Of a DNA stretch of 64,000 nucleotides, positions 62,163-64,000 are shown piece after piece. Every line of letters begins with the position of its first letter. Within the stretch, counting starts at the first letter, position 1. Under the pieces are notes generated by a model. It made no database searches, had not been told where the DNA came from, and was given only the letters and a program-made list of their open reading frames with translations. Origin of the DNA: Deltaproteobacteria bacterium (GTDB taxonomy: Bacteria; Desulfobacterota; Binatia; UBA12015); contig JAYGCM010000087.1 of NCBI GenBank assembly GCA_046583355.1, positions 32,001-96,000 of the forward strand, read 5' to 3'. Made by a program: the position numbers and the translations under genes.

Positions 62163-64000
62163 ATGGAACTGCGGGATATCGTCGTGCTCCTCGCTGCTTC
62201 GATCCCGATCGTTTTTGCCTGCCACCGTGTAGGCATTCCGAGTCTGGTGGGATTCTTGTTGGCCGGGATTCTTCTCGGGCCAGGCGGGCTGAGTGTCATT
62301 GCCGATGCCGCCTTCATCAACAGCCTCGGTCATCTCGGTGCGGTCCTGCTGCTTTTCGTGATCGGCCTGGAGCTCTCGGTCGGCGAGTTGGCGCGTTTGG
62401 GCGGGCGGGTCTTTCTTGCGGGATTCGCACAGATTCTCTTGATGGGGGGGCTCGCCGTAGGCGTCGCCTTTGCCTTTGGCTGGACGCTGAACCCGGCCTT
62501 GATGATCGCCTTTGTGCTGGTCCATTCCAGTACCGTCGTCGCACTCAAACTTTTCGCCGACCGCGGCCAACTCGATGCGCCGCAAGGCCGTGTCGCGACC
62601 GGAATTCTCGTTCTACAGGACCTCGCGGTCGTCCCGATGGTTTTGCTGATTCCGCTGCTCGCGGAAGGCGGTACGATCCAGCCTGCGGCGATTGCCTTTG
62701 AACTCGGCAAATCCCTCGTCCTGGTCGTGGGAATCGTTGTGCTGGCGCGCCTCGTTTTACCGGTGCTGCTTCGCCAGACAGCGAAACTCGGCGTGCGCGA
62801 ACTCTTCACGGTTACGGTCGTGGTCGTCTGCCTCGGCACCGCCTGGCTCGCCGGCTCCTTTCATCTCTCGTTGGAGATCGGCGCACTGATTGCCGGCCTG
62901 GTTCTCTCGGACTCCGAATACTCCCATCAGGTCTTCGCCGAGATGGCCGCGATGCGCGATCTCTTCGCCAGCCTCTTCTTCATCTCGATCGGTATGCACC
63001 TGAGCTACGAATTTCTCTTATCGCATGCTCTTGAGGTGCTGCTCGGCGCGGCGGCGCTGATGATCCTGAAGACATTGATTTTCACGCTTCTCCTTCTTCC
63101 CGTTTTGCATTCCGTCCGGCTCGCCTTGGTGCTGGGCGTCGGCCTCTCGCAGCTGGGTGAGTTGGCGATCGTGCTCCTCGGTATCGCCGCTCCGCACGGG
63201 ATTCTTTCTCCCGAGACGCATGAGATGTTGATCGGCATCTCGGTGGTGACCTTCGGCGTCTCGCCACTTCTATTGGGGCCGGCCGAGCGCTTCGGGCTTT
63301 GGTGGCAGCGCCGCGAGGGCAAGGCCCTGGCGAGCTTCGATGCGGACAAGGAGATCTCCGGGCATGTGGTCATTCTCGGCTATGGGCTCAACGGCCGAAA
63401 CCTGGCGCGTGTATTGCGCGAAACGGGCGTTCCCTTCCGCGTCGCGGCGATGAATCCGGTCCGGATCGCCGAGGCGCGCGCGCGTGGCGAAGAGATCGTC
63501 TATGGGGATGCGACCAGCCGCGAGGTCCTCGAACGGCTCGGTGTTCCACAAGCAGCGATTGTTGTCATTGCCATCTCCGATTCGGTTGCGACGCAACGCG
63601 CCACCGGGTTGGTGCGCGAGTTGAACCCGCAGAGCGTGCTGATCGTACGGACGCGCACCGTCGCCGAGATCGAACGCCTCCGCGAACTCGGCGCCGATGA
63701 TGTGATTCCCGAAGAATTCGAGACCTCGGTCGAGATCTTCGCGCGTGTATTGCGTCGCCTGCATCTGCCGCGCAATGTGATCGACCTGCAGGTCTCGCTG
63801 ATTCGCCGCGATGGCTATGAGATGTTGCGTGGTCTCGAATTGCCGCGCCAGAGCCTGCGCGATGTACAACATCTGCTGGCCGCGGCACTCACGGAAACCT
63901 ATCTCCTCGAGCCGGGGAGTGCGGCGGTGGCCTGTGCCATCCGCGACCTCCGACTGCGCCACGAGACGGGCGTCACGATCATTGCCGTGGTGCGTGACGG
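62163..64000 (+). CDS. CPA2/Kef-type cation:proton antiporter with TrkA-N and TrkA-C domains, 3' partial
   Basis: Manual translation: MELRDIVVLLAAS..GFLLAGILLGP, LLFVIGLELS, QDLAVVP, SQLGE, GYGLNG, YGDAT, PEEFETS; open to the window end. Confidence 0.92.
   Translation, partial: MELRDIVVLLAASIPIVFACHRVGIPSLVGFLLAGILLGPGGLSVIADAAFINSLGHLGAVLLLFVIGLELSVGELARLGGRVFLAGFAQILLMGGLAVGVAFAFGWTLNPALMIAFVLVHSSTVVALKLFADRGQLDAPQGRVATGILVLQDLAVVPMVLLIPLLAEGGTIQPAAIAFELGKSLVLVVGIVVLARLVLPVLLRQTAKLGVRELFTVTVVVVCLGTAWLAGSFHLSLEIGALIAGLVLSDSEYSHQVFAEMAAMRDLFASLFFISIGMHLSYEFLLSHALEVLLGAAALMILKTLIFTLLLLPVLHSVRLALVLGVGLSQLGELAIVLLGIAAPHGILSPETHEMLIGISVVTFGVSPLLLGPAERFGLWWQRREGKALASFDADKEISGHVVILGYGLNGRNLARVLRETGVPFRVAAMNPVRIAEARARGEEIVYGDATSREVLERLGVPQAAIVVIAISDSVATQRATGLVRELNPQSVLIVRTRTVAEIERLRELGADDVIPEEFETSVEIFARVLRRLHLPRNVIDLQVSLIRRDGYEMLRGLELPRQSLRDVQHLLAAALTETYLLEPGSAAVACAIRDLRLRHETGVTIIAVVRD

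Overview
A gene-dense, high-GC (about 65% by eye) bacterial chromosomal window with about 50 CDS and one tRNA-Ala(CGC). I see no CRISPR array, integrase, transposase or prophage module. The gene content (hopanoid cluster with HMG-CoA synthase, TonB receptor, LLM and Baeyer-Villiger oxidoreductases, large Cys-rich secreted proteins) suggests a deltaproteobacteria-like lineage such as Binatota or Myxococcota; this is inference. Housekeeping genes include cyaY, a heme A synthase, metH, pepF, panE, aat, leuCD and several transporters. Two regions stand out. (1) 16.2-29 kb: a PDZ/multi-TM/GAF sensor kinase and an NtrC-type activator. These are followed by a -24/-12 sigma54 promoter with two 32-bp-spaced enhancer palindromes. 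Downstream lie an unannotated 68-aa ORF, a 1262-aa secreted Cys-rich protein with Ca-binding-like repeats, a lipoprotein fusing a c-type heme domain to a PHM/DBH-like copper monooxygenase with all six candidate Cu ligands, and a phosphodiesterase. Nearby is a secreted protein with mirror-symmetric cysteine spacing. (2) 49.3-59.8 kb: a hopanoid cluster (shc-mvaS-hpnCDE-hpnB converging on hpnH-hpnG-aldose epimerase). It has an embedded HMG-CoA synthase, a mutarotase apparently coupled to hpnG, and a paired operator around the shc promoter. Probable non-canonical start codons occur (ATC for an RRM protein, CTG for hpnG). All product calls come from motif recognition, not database searches.
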